From IMG/VR virus record IMGVR_UViG_3300025073_000001: a stretch of DNA of 64,000 bases, one strand, 5' to 3'. Of this stretch, positions 36,383-46,064 are shown piece by piece; the first letter of the stretch is position 1; each line of letters opens with the position of its first letter. Source of the DNA: a virus (Duplodnaviria > Heunggongvirae > Uroviricota > Caudoviricetes). Under the pieces are notes generated by a model, which was given only the letters and a program-made list of their open reading frames with translations, ran no database searches and was not told where the DNA came from. Position numbers and translations under genes: made by a program.

Positions 36383-36613
36383 TTATAACTCATCCCAATT
36401 GAGGATTTCTTTTTTTGTCCATTGCGTATTCAATATCTCTCCATTTGACATTGGCGTTTCTGGATCAACGACGCAATCAGATTCAGATTTTTTCACTTTC
36501 GTCTTGTTATTTGGAAATTTGACGAAAAATGCTTTTTCTGATAGGACAATTGGGCATTCGGAAGTTTCATTGAATGCTGGATTTGGGTGCGGATTGTGAA
36601 TTTTAATTGTCAT
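36383..36613 (-). CDS. hypothetical protein (start trimmed to internal Met)
   Basis: ORF 36383..36670; internal Met avoids frame-overlap with 36615..36821. Confidence 0.3.
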   Translation of the reverse strand: MTIKIHNPHPNPAFNETSECPIVLSEKAFFVKFPNNKTKVKKSESDCVVDPETPMSNGEILNTQWTKKEILNWDEL

Positions 36614-36614
36614 T

Positions 36615-36821
36615 TTATTCAAGTACAATTGGATGAATATTTGTATCTTTCCACATCTGAAACAAATCAATTCCAGAAGAGAATGGACGTGAACCTATGA
36701 TTTCATCAACGAGAAATTTATCATCTTCAGTTGGTCCAAACCATAGCCAGACTCCAATCTCAACCAAAATTAATGGTCGGTTGCAATCTGTGGTCAAGTT
36801 TCTTTTAGGACTGAATTTCAT
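36615..36821 (-). CDS. hypothetical protein
   Basis: 68-aa ORF. Confidence 0.35.
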   Translation of the reverse strand: MKFSPKRNLTTDCNRPLILVEIGVWLWFGPTEDDKFLVDEIIGSRPFSSGIDLFQMWKDTNIHPIVLE

Positions 36822-37003
36822 TGTTTAGAAAAATGTTGATGGGCTGTCCAAACTATTCCAATGACAACTGACATACAAAGCCAACCATGGCGAAGGTCAT
36901 CATTTTCTAATTTCCAGTCAGGTTGTTTCAGAGTAAGTTGGATTAGAAGATAACAGATAATTCCCCAAACGACGAAGGTCAAAATATTTTTAATGAATTT
37001 CAT
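36818..37003 (-). CDS. small membrane protein
   Basis: 61 aa, hydrophobic. Confidence 0.3.
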   Translation of the reverse strand: MKFIKNILTFVVWGIICYLLIQLTLKQPDWKLENDDLRHGWLCMSVVIGIVWTAHQHFSKQ

Positions 37004-37223
37004 GTTACAAAGGTAACGGTTTAAATTGATTTAAACAAGGAAATCAACATTAAAATTCCAAATAAAATCAAAACAAAGAATACTCCAAATTTACTTGATC
37101 CATTGTTCCTTTTTGGGGATGGCTGGAAGTGATGGTTCCGAGTGTGATGTTGCACAGAATATCTGTGTCTGCCATTGTTAGATCCAAGTGACATATTAAT
37201 TTAATTCTTGATTGTGAATAATT

Positions 37224-37475
37224 TCATTTGTCTTCAATCTTTAAAGTTCTGCACGCGTCTGTCAAGGCTTGTTCAAGAGTTAATCCTTTGCCATCTTTGG
37301 AATGTGAAATCCAATCATGTTTCAAATCAAAGGCTTTTTGATCCGGATATTTTGAAACCCAGATTTCATATTCACCTGCAATAGAAGTTAATCCATATCC
37401 GGGACGATGCTCAATTTCAGCAACCATAAATTTTGGTTTTAGAATTTTGTTTAATCTCTCAAGTGTCATGATCAA
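37224..37475 (-). CDS. hypothetical protein
   Basis: 83-aa ORF. Confidence 0.35.
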   Translation of the reverse strand: MIMTLERLNKILKPKFMVAEIEHRPGYGLTSIAGEYEIWVSKYPDQKAFDLKHDWISHSKDGKGLTLEQALTDACRTLKIEDK

Positions 37476-37717
37476 TTTATTTCTTGATTGTTAGATAAAT
37501 TTGTTTCTTCAATTAACTTCAAATCTTCAGGAAATATTGAAACGATTCCAGTTGAAAAATTGACCAGACAAACCGGCAATTCAACTCCAAACATCTGTAA
37601 AAGTCCCATGTGGAACGTTGATTTAAGAACAGTTCCTTGTGAACCTTGTTCTGGTAATTCATAAGAATACATTTCTGTGTTCTTGACTTGAAGTTCAACT
37701 TTATCGCCTTGATTCAT
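37472..37717 (-). CDS. hypothetical protein
   Basis: 81-aa ORF. Confidence 0.35.
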   Translation of the reverse strand: MNQGDKVELQVKNTEMYSYELPEQGSQGTVLKSTFHMGLLQMFGVELPVCLVNFSTGIVSIFPEDLKLIEETNLSNNQEIN

Positions 37718-37728
37718 TCATTTTCCTT

Positions 37729-37938
37729 TTAAAAACTTTCTACCCACATTTTTTCAGATTCTGTCATTCGGTAAATTGACCAATTATCTTCAAACGTTCC
37801 TGTCCAATATTCAAAGAATATTTCTCGTAAATTTGAATTATAAACAATTCCAGAATCCATGATCAAATAGTCTGTGATATTTGGATGAGTAACTTTGCTA
37901 CCGTTGAGCATTGCTTCGATTGCTTCTTGCTTTGTCAT
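37729..37938 (-). CDS. hypothetical protein
   Basis: 69-aa ORF. Confidence 0.35.
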   Translation of the reverse strand: MTKQEAIEAMLNGSKVTHPNITDYLIMDSGIVYNSNLREIFFEYWTGTFEDNWSIYRMTESEKMWVESF

Positions 37939-38252
37939 TTCGTTTTAATGTTAAAATGCCAATGGTGTGAATCAATTTCACATTGTTGAAGAAGCATTGC
38001 TCCTTCAATGACAACGACTTTCTTGAACCTTCCATCAAAACAAACGTCTGAAACTGAATCACTCATTGGAATTTGGTAAATTTCAGATGCTATTTTTATT
38101 TCAGGATGATGATATATGGTAGATGGTTTGGTTGGGTTGTACAAAAATTGAAACAGTATCAACGCAAATGCTCCACCTAACCAGAAAATGAACAATTTAC
38201 TACCCATCTTATTTATTTTTTTATTGGGAGTGAACCAATGAATAAATATCAA
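37935..38252 (-). CDS. membrane-anchored hypothetical protein
   Basis: 105 aa, N-terminal TM helix. Confidence 0.35.
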   Translation of the reverse strand: MIFIHWFTPNKKINKMGSKLFIFWLGGAFALILFQFLYNPTKPSTIYHHPEIKIASEIYQIPMSDSVSDVCFDGRFKKVVVIEGAMLLQQCEIDSHHWHFNIKTK

Positions 38253-38275
38253 TTCACTCCCGATTTTGTTTTTAA

Positions 38276-39097
38276 TTACATTTGACGATCAACTTCAAAC
38301 ATTGCGACTTCATCCAAAGTTTCTGGAACAAACTCCATCGCAAGTTCAAACAGTTCTTGGTTAATACGAAGATCTTCGCTTGCGTTTCCAACCTTCCGAC
38401 CTGTTTTACGCATTCCCTCAAGTTTGATTCCACCTTGTAAAAGTTTCTCTTGAACAACGTTGAAGACTTTCCAAAGCGAGTTTCCTTCGTCTTCTGGTCG
38501 AACCGTTTCAGTAACCATTTCAAAGTCTGCATTCTCCGCAACTTTGTCCCAACGGATTCGAGTTGCTTTCTTTGCAAATTCTGTAATTTGAATCTCGTTC
38601 AAAGTTGTTGCAACCATCTTTTGTTGCAAATCAATGAACTTTGGCAAGTTGGCTGCAAATCCTCGAACCATGTCGATTACTGCGTCAAACGCTGTTTTCA
38701 TGTGTCGGATTTTTATTTCGCCCAAATCTTTGTGTTTGACGCAAAGTCCGTTGGTGCAAACTTGACGGTAAATTCCCATTTCGACAACCAACTGACAAGA
38801 ACCGTCATAACTGTTTTTAATAATCAGTTCTGGAAAAAGTGTATCACCGTCCAAAATGTAAGGTTTTGTCATTCGGATTCTTGCAATGTGAATTCCGCGA
38901 CCGGCCTGATTCGGCTTGCGAGTCCGTTTCATTTGGATTTGACGAAGTTCAAAAACCTGTTCTCCTTTGGATTTCAAATCCAATAAATGTCCGATTAAAT
39001 CCGGAGTTGAGTACTCCTTGTAATGACGTGACATTTGCTTTGTGGTCTGGAGACTTGGTTGAAGATCTGCAATTGTAAGTTCGCGTTGCTGTGTCAT
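38276..39097 (-). CDS. hypothetical protein (273 aa)
   Basis: long ORF; overlapping ORF 38272..38577 in other frame judged spurious. Confidence 0.45.
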   Translation of the reverse strand: MTQQRELTIADLQPSLQTTKQMSRHYKEYSTPDLIGHLLDLKSKGEQVFELRQIQMKRTRKPNQAGRGIHIARIRMTKPYILDGDTLFPELIIKNSYDGSCQLVVEMGIYRQVCTNGLCVKHKDLGEIKIRHMKTAFDAVIDMVRGFAANLPKFIDLQQKMVATTLNEIQITEFAKKATRIRWDKVAENADFEMVTETVRPEDEGNSLWKVFNVVQEKLLQGGIKLEGMRKTGRKVGNASEDLRINQELFELAMEFVPETLDEVAMFEVDRQM

Positions 39098-39132
39098 AAT
39101 TGAAAATTTTGTTTGTTTGTTAACTTCTTACC

Positions 39133-39166
39133 ACAAAGATAAGTGGTGTTGATTTAACTTCCAAAT
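39133..39166 (-). promoter_or_regulatory. sigma-A-like promoter (TTTGGAAGTTAAATC...CTTATCTTTGTGG)
   Basis: TTTG-N20-TAnnTTTG about 25 nt upstream of ATG 39097. Confidence 0.4.
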
Positions 39167-39176
39167 AAAAATCAGT

Positions 39177-39371
39177 TTATTTTTCAAGTTTAAATTCATT
39201 AACAAAATCTACCAACGACTCAAACGTTTCAAATCTACGTCTGGGTGAACTGAGAGAAAACGTCAATAAAAATGTTCCAGAATCAGAAACAACAAATCCA
39301 ACAGGAACGTTCCTGTCAAAAGAGACTTTCCCAAATTCGATCATTTTATCATTGAAGATTTGATATTTCAT
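39177..39371 (-). CDS. hypothetical protein
   Basis: 64-aa ORF. Confidence 0.3.
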   Translation of the reverse strand: MKYQIFNDKMIEFGKVSFDRNVPVGFVVSDSGTFLLTFSLSSPRRRFETFESLVDFVNEFKLEK

Positions 39372-39616
39372 TTTTCAAGTTCTTTAACTCTAAATTGCAA
39401 TTTCTTCTGTTCTGCTTCTAGAACTGAAATTTGATCGCGTAGCCAATCTTCAGCACATGAAGCACGAACGTCAATTGAATAAATCAGGAGTGAAATTCCA
39501 AAATGGTTCAAGATGTGGTCCCAAACATCAAAAGTCCAAGTGAAGAAGAATGCTGCGAAGAAAGTTGGAAGACACCAAAATAGGTTGAATGGAAGGTATG
39601 ATATTTTAGATTTCAT
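39368..39616 (-). CDS. membrane hypothetical protein
   Basis: 82 aa, hydrophobic N-terminus, coiled C-terminus. Confidence 0.35.
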   Translation of the reverse strand: MKSKISYLPFNLFWCLPTFFAAFFFTWTFDVWDHILNHFGISLLIYSIDVRASCAEDWLRDQISVLEAEQKKLQFRVKELEK

Positions 39617-40245
39617 TTTATTAAATTTGATTTGTATTGATATTGATACTCACACCCTTCTAGAAGCCAATATGCGTAAGCCCTGCAAAATTCAGGATGC
39701 AACCGTTTGAATTCTTTACAAGCCTGTTTTGCATCTGGTTGATTTTGAAATATTCCATAGTGAACGACCCAATAATCTTTCAATTCTCTCGTTGAACCAT
39801 CTTTGTAAGTTTGAGTTAAAGCACCTGAAGGCAATTTTGTACACATTGAACCTTCCGGTCGTGATTGTGGAGGAAGAATTAAAAGTTCCATTCTGACTGT
39901 CCAATAACCACCAGTTCCTTCACCTGATTGCCTACCATAGATTTTATTGGAAATTTCAATAGTGTCACGACTCAAAATATTTGTCTGAGCAATACAATTA
40001 TCAGCGTCCCAAGTTGTTTCTGAAACGACTCGAACCCGTTTCTTAATTTCCTGATAACCTGCCTTTGGAGCATAAATTAATTCAGAAACAGTGCCATAGT
40101 CTGCAAGAGCATCACATGGATCAGGTTCCATTGGTGATTGAATTGAATAGGCGATTGGGAATTCAAAACGTTCCAATAGTTCCTCGCATGGATTTTGACC
40201 AAGTAGAAAGGTTGGAAGAAACAGTAAAAAAAGTATTTTGTTCAT
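39613..40245 (-). CDS. secreted Cys-containing hypothetical protein
   Basis: signal peptide MNKILFLLFLPTFLLGQ. Confidence 0.45.
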   Translation of the reverse strand: MNKILFLLFLPTFLLGQNPCEELLERFEFPIAYSIQSPMEPDPCDALADYGTVSELIYAPKAGYQEIKKRVRVVSETTWDADNCIAQTNILSRDTIEISNKIYGRQSGEGTGGYWTVRMELLILPPQSRPEGSMCTKLPSGALTQTYKDGSTRELKDYWVVHYGIFQNQPDAKQACKEFKRLHPEFCRAYAYWLLEGCEYQYQYKSNLIK

Positions 40246-40258
40246 TTTAAAATTTATT

Positions 40259-40525
40259 TTAAAGTTGGATTGTTAACATGACCTTTCCAGGTGTATAGAC
40301 TTTGATTTGACCTTTTTCTCTTCTGGATTGAAAGTCGTGATATTCCTTCAATCTTAAATCTGGATTTGGCGGAATGCCGTAAATTTTGAATTCCCGATCA
40401 GTTACACGAACAATCGCCGTGACGATGAATTGTTCTGAATTGATTGTTCTGATTTGACCAACCTTGTAGGAGGTTGGATTTTTAAATGGTGATGGCATCG
40501 TGTAATCTTTACCTGAAAGGCTCAT
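40259..40525 (-). CDS. hypothetical protein
   Basis: 88-aa ORF. Confidence 0.35.
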   Translation of the reverse strand: MSLSGKDYTMPSPFKNPTSYKVGQIRTINSEQFIVTAIVRVTDREFKIYGIPPNPDLRLKEYHDFQSRREKGQIKVYTPGKVMLTIQL

Positions 40526-40642
40526 ATATTAATTGTTTAAAGTGTTTCGTTCTTATTTAAAATTAATGTTGTTAAACGACAATACCATTTTTCCAAAATC
40601 GGACAATTCGTAAGTCGTGTGCAAGTTTCATAATCAAAGTTT

Positions 40643-40909
40643 TTAAAATTCTTCGTAATAAGCATCGTCGGGATAAGTTCCGTCTTCAAAGAATGACTCG
40701 TAAATTTTCTCGTAGATTTCATCTGAAACTTCTACCAATTCACCATCAACATAGATTTCAATGTTGTCAATTTCATCAGGTTCATCAGGTTCTGCGAAGC
40801 GATCAAAACCATGTCTAACGCCCATCCTTCCACGATGAAATTCACCTGTGGCGAAATAAATGATTTCTGTTTCTGGATCAATCCAAGATGTTTGAATTAT
40901 TTTTTTCAT
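40643..40909 (-). CDS. highly acidic small protein
   Basis: 88 aa, D/E-rich (EPDEPDEIDNIEIYVDGELVEVSDEIYEKIYESFFEDGTYPDDAYYEEF). Confidence 0.4.
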   Translation of the reverse strand: MKKIIQTSWIDPETEIIYFATGEFHRGRMGVRHGFDRFAEPDEPDEIDNIEIYVDGELVEVSDEIYEKIYESFFEDGTYPDDAYYEEF

Positions 40910-40952
40910 TGCAATTGTTTTTGTTCTTTCTTACCAGATTGAAGTATGTTGA

Positions 40953-41132
40953 TTATTCCCTGCAAATGATTTGATAATCGTCCCAACCACCCCAAGGAGA
41001 TATTTCTTCGTGATCTTCAAAGGTAACCAATTCAGAATATACTTTGCCATCAATTTGACAAATCGCTGATCTGAATTCGGATCTTTTTGATAGCTGATTT
41101 TGCTTGGCTGAAAGGAAAAATGCTGCTTTCAT
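40953..41132 (-). CDS. hypothetical protein (start trimmed to MKAAFFLS)
   Basis: ORF 40953..41177. Confidence 0.3.
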   Translation of the reverse strand: MKAAFFLSAKQNQLSKRSEFRSAICQIDGKVYSELVTFEDHEEISPWGGWDDYQIICRE

Positions 41133-41142
41133 ATATTTGATT

Positions 41143-41373
41143 TTAAAAAGATTTAAGTTCTCCGTTTTCAAACACATACATCAAGTTATCATCTTGATCC
41201 GTTATGATCGCATATTGATGAAGTTTGATGTCGTGAAGTAATGGAGTAATGTCAAATGAACAAAACACGGGTTGACCCTTGAATGAACAGAACTTGAAGT
41301 AAGCACCTTGACCAGTCCAAGGTTTGCAATCAAACCCAAAATGTTCAATACCTGAGAAGATTTTCTTGATCAT
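41143..41373 (-). CDS. hypothetical protein
   Basis: 76-aa ORF. Confidence 0.35.
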   Translation of the reverse strand: MIKKIFSGIEHFGFDCKPWTGQGAYFKFCSFKGQPVFCSFDITPLLHDIKLHQYAIITDQDDNLMYVFENGELKSF

Positions 41374-41562
41374 TGTTTTATTTTTATACTGTGAAAGGTC
41401 GAATTTCTACTGTTCTGATTTCTTAATCACTTTATGCAGTATGATCGCAGGAATTACAATCATAACGATGACATAGATGATAATTGCTAGAATTTTTTGT
41501 GTAAGATCCATTTTAAAAAAGTTAAAACTCCAGTGTAAAAAATTGTCCGCGAATGAAGAACT

Positions 41563-41853
41563 TCATGCACGAATATACACTATTGGTTCGGACCTGATAT
41601 TTGTCAATCTTTCTTTGATTGTCAAAAAACCAGTTTTAACTAATTCATTAAGAATCTGATTACAGTGTGATCTGAGTTGAGGTGAGAAAATCAAATTACA
41701 TTCATTCTCCCGCGTATATTCTTTAATCAATTGTGGCGTTATCATTTCAAACGTGTCAAGTATATTTAGGAGCATCGCTTCAATATTTTTACGATTTTGT
41801 TCAATTTGGGCTTTTCGATTATTTGACACTTCTTGGTAATGGAATCTCGTCAA
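41563..41853 (-). CDS. hypothetical protein
   Basis: 96-aa ORF. Confidence 0.35.
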   Translation of the reverse strand: MTRFHYQEVSNNRKAQIEQNRKNIEAMLLNILDTFEMITPQLIKEYTRENECNLIFSPQLRSHCNQILNELVKTGFLTIKERLTNIRSEPIVYIRA

Positions 41854-42322
41854 GAAAATTTAAGTGTGCAAAATTTCCGAAAAAATGAATAGCGGCAGAA
41901 TCATACGCTCTTGCAGCGTCCTCTTTATGATTAAATCTTCCGATTCTAATTAATTTATTATCAACTCCGATGTTTGCAACAAACGCAATGTCTTCACAAT
42001 ACACTCCTTTGAAACCAGTTGTATTTCGTTGATGCTTCTGTTTGTTATATGAATTTTGGGCAGGTGAACAAATCCTCAAGTTTTCTCTTCGATTATCGAG
42101 TTTATTGTGATTAATGTGATCCGTTATAATTTTAGGATCTGATAAATTCAATATAAGACGGTGCATTCTGATGCTCGATCTTTTTTTGGATCCTTTAAGT
42201 CTTCCAACGACGTAACCACCATCTCTAATTTCCCAATTGTATTTAGATATCAAATCAAAATCCTCGTCGTCAAACAATACTTCGTGATTTATTCCTTTAC
42301 TTTTTATATTTAAAATTTTCAT
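41819..42322 (-). mobile_element. HNH endonuclease with AP2 DNA-binding domain
   Basis: HRLILNL...IDHINHNKLDNRRENLRI (HNH_3); TTGFKGVY...AARAYDSAAIHFFGNFAHLNF (AP2). Confidence 0.55.
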
Positions 42323-42552
42323 ATTTTCAGTGTAAAATTTGGTTTACGCGATGAAAGCCGGTATTACGTTGGGGTTTAAACGTTAAAAAACGTATATTTA
42401 ACGGTAAATTCGGCCCCGTATCCACCGGTTTTTAGCCCCTTTTTAACCCCCCTGTTTTCACACATTTTGTTTGAGTTGAACTTTTTTATTGTTTTGTTCC
42501 AACGTACTGTCCAATGTTAGATAATTGAACCTTGGTACGTTTTTGTGTGAAA

Positions 42553-42747
42553 TTAGGCAATTCTGACGTCCCTGAGTTCTTTAGTTATTTCCCAAGACTG
42601 TTCAAATTCAACTGGAGTTAGACGATCGCCATTTGTTAAGATAACTGATCCATCCTTGCGAATGCTAAGAATTGTAATCACTCGACCAGTTACTTTATTT
42701 TTTGCTTGTTGAAAAAGTGTTGCTCCTTTATAAAATCCTTGTTTCAT
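42553..42747 (-). CDS. hypothetical protein
   Basis: 64-aa ORF. Confidence 0.35.
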   Translation of the reverse strand: MKQGFYKGATLFQQAKNKVTGRVITILSIRKDGSVILTNGDRLTPVEFEQSWEITKELRDVRIA

Positions 42748-42789
42748 GTTGTTTGTAATCTGAACCTTTTGTTTGTCGTTCTAATTACT

Positions 42790-42832
42790 CTATAAAGGTA
42801 AGTTAACTTCTAATTACTTTCAGGTTTTGATC
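42790..42832 (-). promoter_or_regulatory. promoter module CTGAAAGTAATTAGAAGTTAACTTACCTTTA
   Basis: near-identical to plus-strand module at 18145..18185. Confidence 0.4.
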
Positions 42833-42921
42833 CGTTATTAACATCTTATTAACAAAAACGCCCCAATCCAAATTAAAGGACTGAGGCATCAAGTTAGTTT
42901 ATCGATTTCAGGATGATGAAT

Positions 42922-43401
42922 TTAAACCATTTGCAATGTTCCTGCTCCGTAAGGAAATTCCTTTCCAAACTCAACTTTAATCAGTTTCAACTTTTCCAAG
43001 TGAAGTAAGGTTGACTTAATCAACCTGTTCCTCATTTTCCCCTGTTCATCAATTAACTCGATTGACTTACTGACTAACATTCCAATTACAAAAGGCAAAC
43101 TTCCGTTCCCCATGTGTTGGATTGCTTGTTGATTTTCGGTCACAATCTTCAAAATTTCACGTTCGTACCGATCCAACGTTTGTTTCGTCCTGTTCTTGAA
43201 GACATAGGAACGTTTTGGTTTTGATTCGTCTTGAACTTCAACATGGCGAGATAACCTTGTTTTGTAACCAAGACGTGCTTTACCTTTGTCTGTGCGTTGT
43301 TTCCGAATTTTCGGAGCAAACGCGGTTTCTTCTTGCACTTTCATAATAATAATGTGTTTGTCCCCTTGCGGGTTGATTTTAACTTGAACACCTTTATTCA
43401 A
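42922..43401 (-). CDS. basic hypothetical protein
   Basis: 159-aa ORF, Lys/Arg-rich N-terminal half. Confidence 0.4.
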   Translation of the reverse strand: MNKGVQVKINPQGDKHIIIMKVQEETAFAPKIRKQRTDKGKARLGYKTRLSRHVEVQDESKPKRSYVFKNRTKQTLDRYEREILKIVTENQQAIQHMGNGSLPFVIGMLVSKSIELIDEQGKMRNRLIKSTLLHLEKLKLIKVEFGKEFPYGAGTLQMV

Positions 43402-43943
43402 GTTCTTGCCACAAAGGTAAAGGGAAACTTACAAACGAATTTACATAATTGTGTAAAATTTTTACATAATTCTTATATTAAATTTAACCTTATATAAAAC
43501 GAACAAGCCCTAAAAAGGAAATCCAGCAACATTGACAATTCAACGTTCTGGTTCAAGTTAATTCACGGTTACGAATCAACCTTATATGACAAATCCCCTA
43601 AATCCAAAACAGGATCAGGTTCATTCCAAACAATAGTAAATGATTAACTCTAAATTTTAAACTCTCTGGAGTTCGATCTTCCCTAATAACTTACAAATAA
43701 GGAAGTGATAAAAGTAAATGGATTTCATCTTACTAATCTACTGGAATTGGACTATGATTCAGCACCACCTGTTAATCGCCTCATCAGCCTAGACTTTCAA
43801 GTTCTTTCCACACAATTATCTATTTCAAGTATAAGTATCCAGAATAAATCTGAAACCACATTCCGTTGAGAATCAACGTTTTACATCAAAGAGTTCCGCC
43901 AAATATTTGCTACTTGAAACGGAACATAGTTACACATAACATT

Positions 43944-44162
43944 TTATTTTAATCCAAAAAACTTCATGAATTCATCTGAAACTGAAACTTTTTGATCCAA
44001 ATTCACGTCCCAAGAAATAATCTTCTCGACTTCCTTAATGCTTTTATCGATGGAATCAAACTTTTTCTCAAATTCCTTCAAGGAATCCTGATCAATCGCA
44101 TCTTTCCAAATCTGTTGTTTTCCGCTGAGGTGAGTCCATCCTCCTGGTTTTTGTCCTGCCAT
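43944..44162 (-). CDS. hypothetical protein
   Basis: 72-aa ORF. Confidence 0.35.
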   Translation of the reverse strand: MAGQKPGGWTHLSGKQQIWKDAIDQDSLKEFEKKFDSIDKSIKEVEKIISWDVNLDQKVSVSDEFMKFFGLK

Positions 44163-44715
44163 AGTTTAAAATCGTAGATCGAGTCCGTTTAAATTTTTAG
44201 TGATTAGATATAATAAGAAAAGTGTCACTCCACTGGATGCTTCAATTGCAAGCCGTGGAAAATGATGTAACTCGTTGAGTTTGAATAAGTTGGAAAGGAT
44301 TATGATCACAATCCAAACGACGAGAAAAAACCATTTTTTCATACTGTAAAGGTAAGTATTGTTCTGGAATTATCCAAATTATTTTCCAAAGTTTTTATAT
44401 ATTATTTTTTCTAAAGTGTTAAAATGCGGCGCGAAAAATTGGAAACAAGGTGGGAAGGCGTAATACCTTTTCTGTTCTTTTCCACTGTATCTTTTATTTT
44501 TACTACATTTTGAGTACTATCTTTCTCCTTTTCTGCTCTTTTCCATTACATCTTCTTCATTTTAACCTATTCTGCTCTATCTTCAGCAACTTTACCTTTT
44601 AAAGTAACTAACTTAAATATAGGTACTGTAAATAGTATAGTTACTGTTAAAAATGTTTGTTACTTTTTTAATTAGTATTTTTGCAATAACGTTGTTAATT
44701 TACTAAACACTGTTT

Positions 44716-44737
44716 ATTAAATAAATTCCGTTTATAA
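44716..44737 (-). terminator. hairpin CCGTTTATAATTAGGAAAACGG followed by U-rich tract (minus sense)
   Basis: 6-bp stem immediately downstream of gene 44738..44947. Confidence 0.35.
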
Positions 44738-44947
44738 TTAGGAAAACGGATCAAAACCATCATCTTCAGTAATCTTCGCCAGCGTGTAACTCATCAGTAA
44801 AATCAAAAGCAGTATCGTCCATGCAGTTGAAAACATTGGAAATCTGTCATGTGCAACTCCAGTGACCAATGCGATGAAAGCAAGCATTGCTAAACCGAAT
44901 GAAGCAATTGCTGAACCGTCAATATCCTTCCATTTCTTAAATTTCAT
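44738..44947 (-). CDS. small membrane protein
   Basis: 69 aa, two hydrophobic helices. Confidence 0.35.
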   Translation of the reverse strand: MKFKKWKDIDGSAIASFGLAMLAFIALVTGVAHDRFPMFSTAWTILLLILLMSYTLAKITEDDGFDPFS

Positions 44948-45257
44948 TGTTGTTTAATTTTACCAACTTATCGTCGCTGTATTCTCTCCTCTCGGATCTA
45001 TAATTTCCTTCACTGTAAAACCATCTGCTATCAATCGATCTCTCGTAAATGGAATCAAATCATCGTAGTAGCGTATTTCAAACTCTCCTTTTTTTTATCG
45101 TCGCTTCTATTTGTTTAATAATTTTGGTGTATTGACCACCTGTTCTATTGAACAATGATATTTCTGTCAATTGTCTCGCTTCTTTTGCTGTCATAATCTT
45201 TGCTAGTGTTTTGTCCAATTGGACTTTTTATTTTTGTGTGTAATTGAACTTTTGATT

Positions 45258-45689
45258 TTATCCAAATGTAATCAAGTCAACGTAAACATCGACTGGAGAA
45301 TAAGTCAATTCAACCTTTTCACAAACCCTTGAAATGTAGAAATCACTTCCACCCATTAATTCCCAATTCATTTCCATGCATCTTTCATATACTTCTTCAT
45401 CATCTTCTACGTTTTCAACTTGACAAATCTGATACAGTGAAGGATTCAATTGAAAAAATGAAATAATTCTCTCCATTGCCTTATCTTCCTTACCTTCGGT
45501 TAGATTACCAATTCCTAATTCACTTCTGTTGTTTGAAGTGAATAGTGTCAAACACATATCTCTCAATAATACTGCTTCATCCTTTGTTTCTACCGTCTTC
45601 GTCTTTGTTCTGTAATTGTCACCATCATTCTCCCATGATGTAACGTGAAGAGTATAACCTTTTTCTACTACTTTCTTTTCTTTATTCAT
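45258..45689 (-). CDS. hypothetical protein
   Basis: 143-aa ORF. Confidence 0.4.
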   Translation of the reverse strand: MNKEKKVVEKGYTLHVTSWENDGDNYRTKTKTVETKDEAVLLRDMCLTLFTSNNRSELGIGNLTEGKEDKAMERIISFFQLNPSLYQICQVENVEDDEEVYERCMEMNWELMGGSDFYISRVCEKVELTYSPVDVYVDLITFG

Positions 45690-45724
45690 GATTTTATTTA
45701 TTTTGTATGTAATTGAACCTTTGA

Positions 45725-45922
45725 CTATTCTTCAAAGCAGAAATCTTTCATCAAATCATTCGCTTCACTGACTGACATTCCTTTACTGTTTCCATTTATC
45801 TCAAATTCAATCTCGGTTTTCCAATCTAACATTTCATCTGAATTATTTCCAAACCTGAACATGACCCATCTCCTCCAATTTTCATTCTTTGTTTCTGCTG
45901 TGTTGTAAGTGAATTTTTTCAT
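45725..45922 (-). CDS. hypothetical protein
   Basis: 65-aa ORF. Confidence 0.3.
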   Translation of the reverse strand: MKKFTYNTAETKNENWRRWVMFRFGNNSDEMLDWKTEIEFEINGNSKGMSVSEANDLMKDFCFEE

Positions 45923-46064
45923 CGTTTTATTTTTCCCTTTAGGGGTTTATTTGTGTTTGAACCTTGACTTGCTTTGGCTTTATTATTCGCGTTCTAAGCG
46001 ATTATCTTTCCTCAGTCAAGGTAAGTGTTTACTCGTGACGTGAAAGTCGGAGAGACGTAAAATT

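Noticed and set aside
38272-38577. ORF 38272..38577 (-) overlapping 38276..39097 in another frame
   Set aside because: Fully nested in the longer ORF; likely spurious.
44460-44600. Possible CRISPR array
   Set aside because: Only two diverged about 57-nt direct repeats with no spacer periodicity and no cas genes; not CRISPR.
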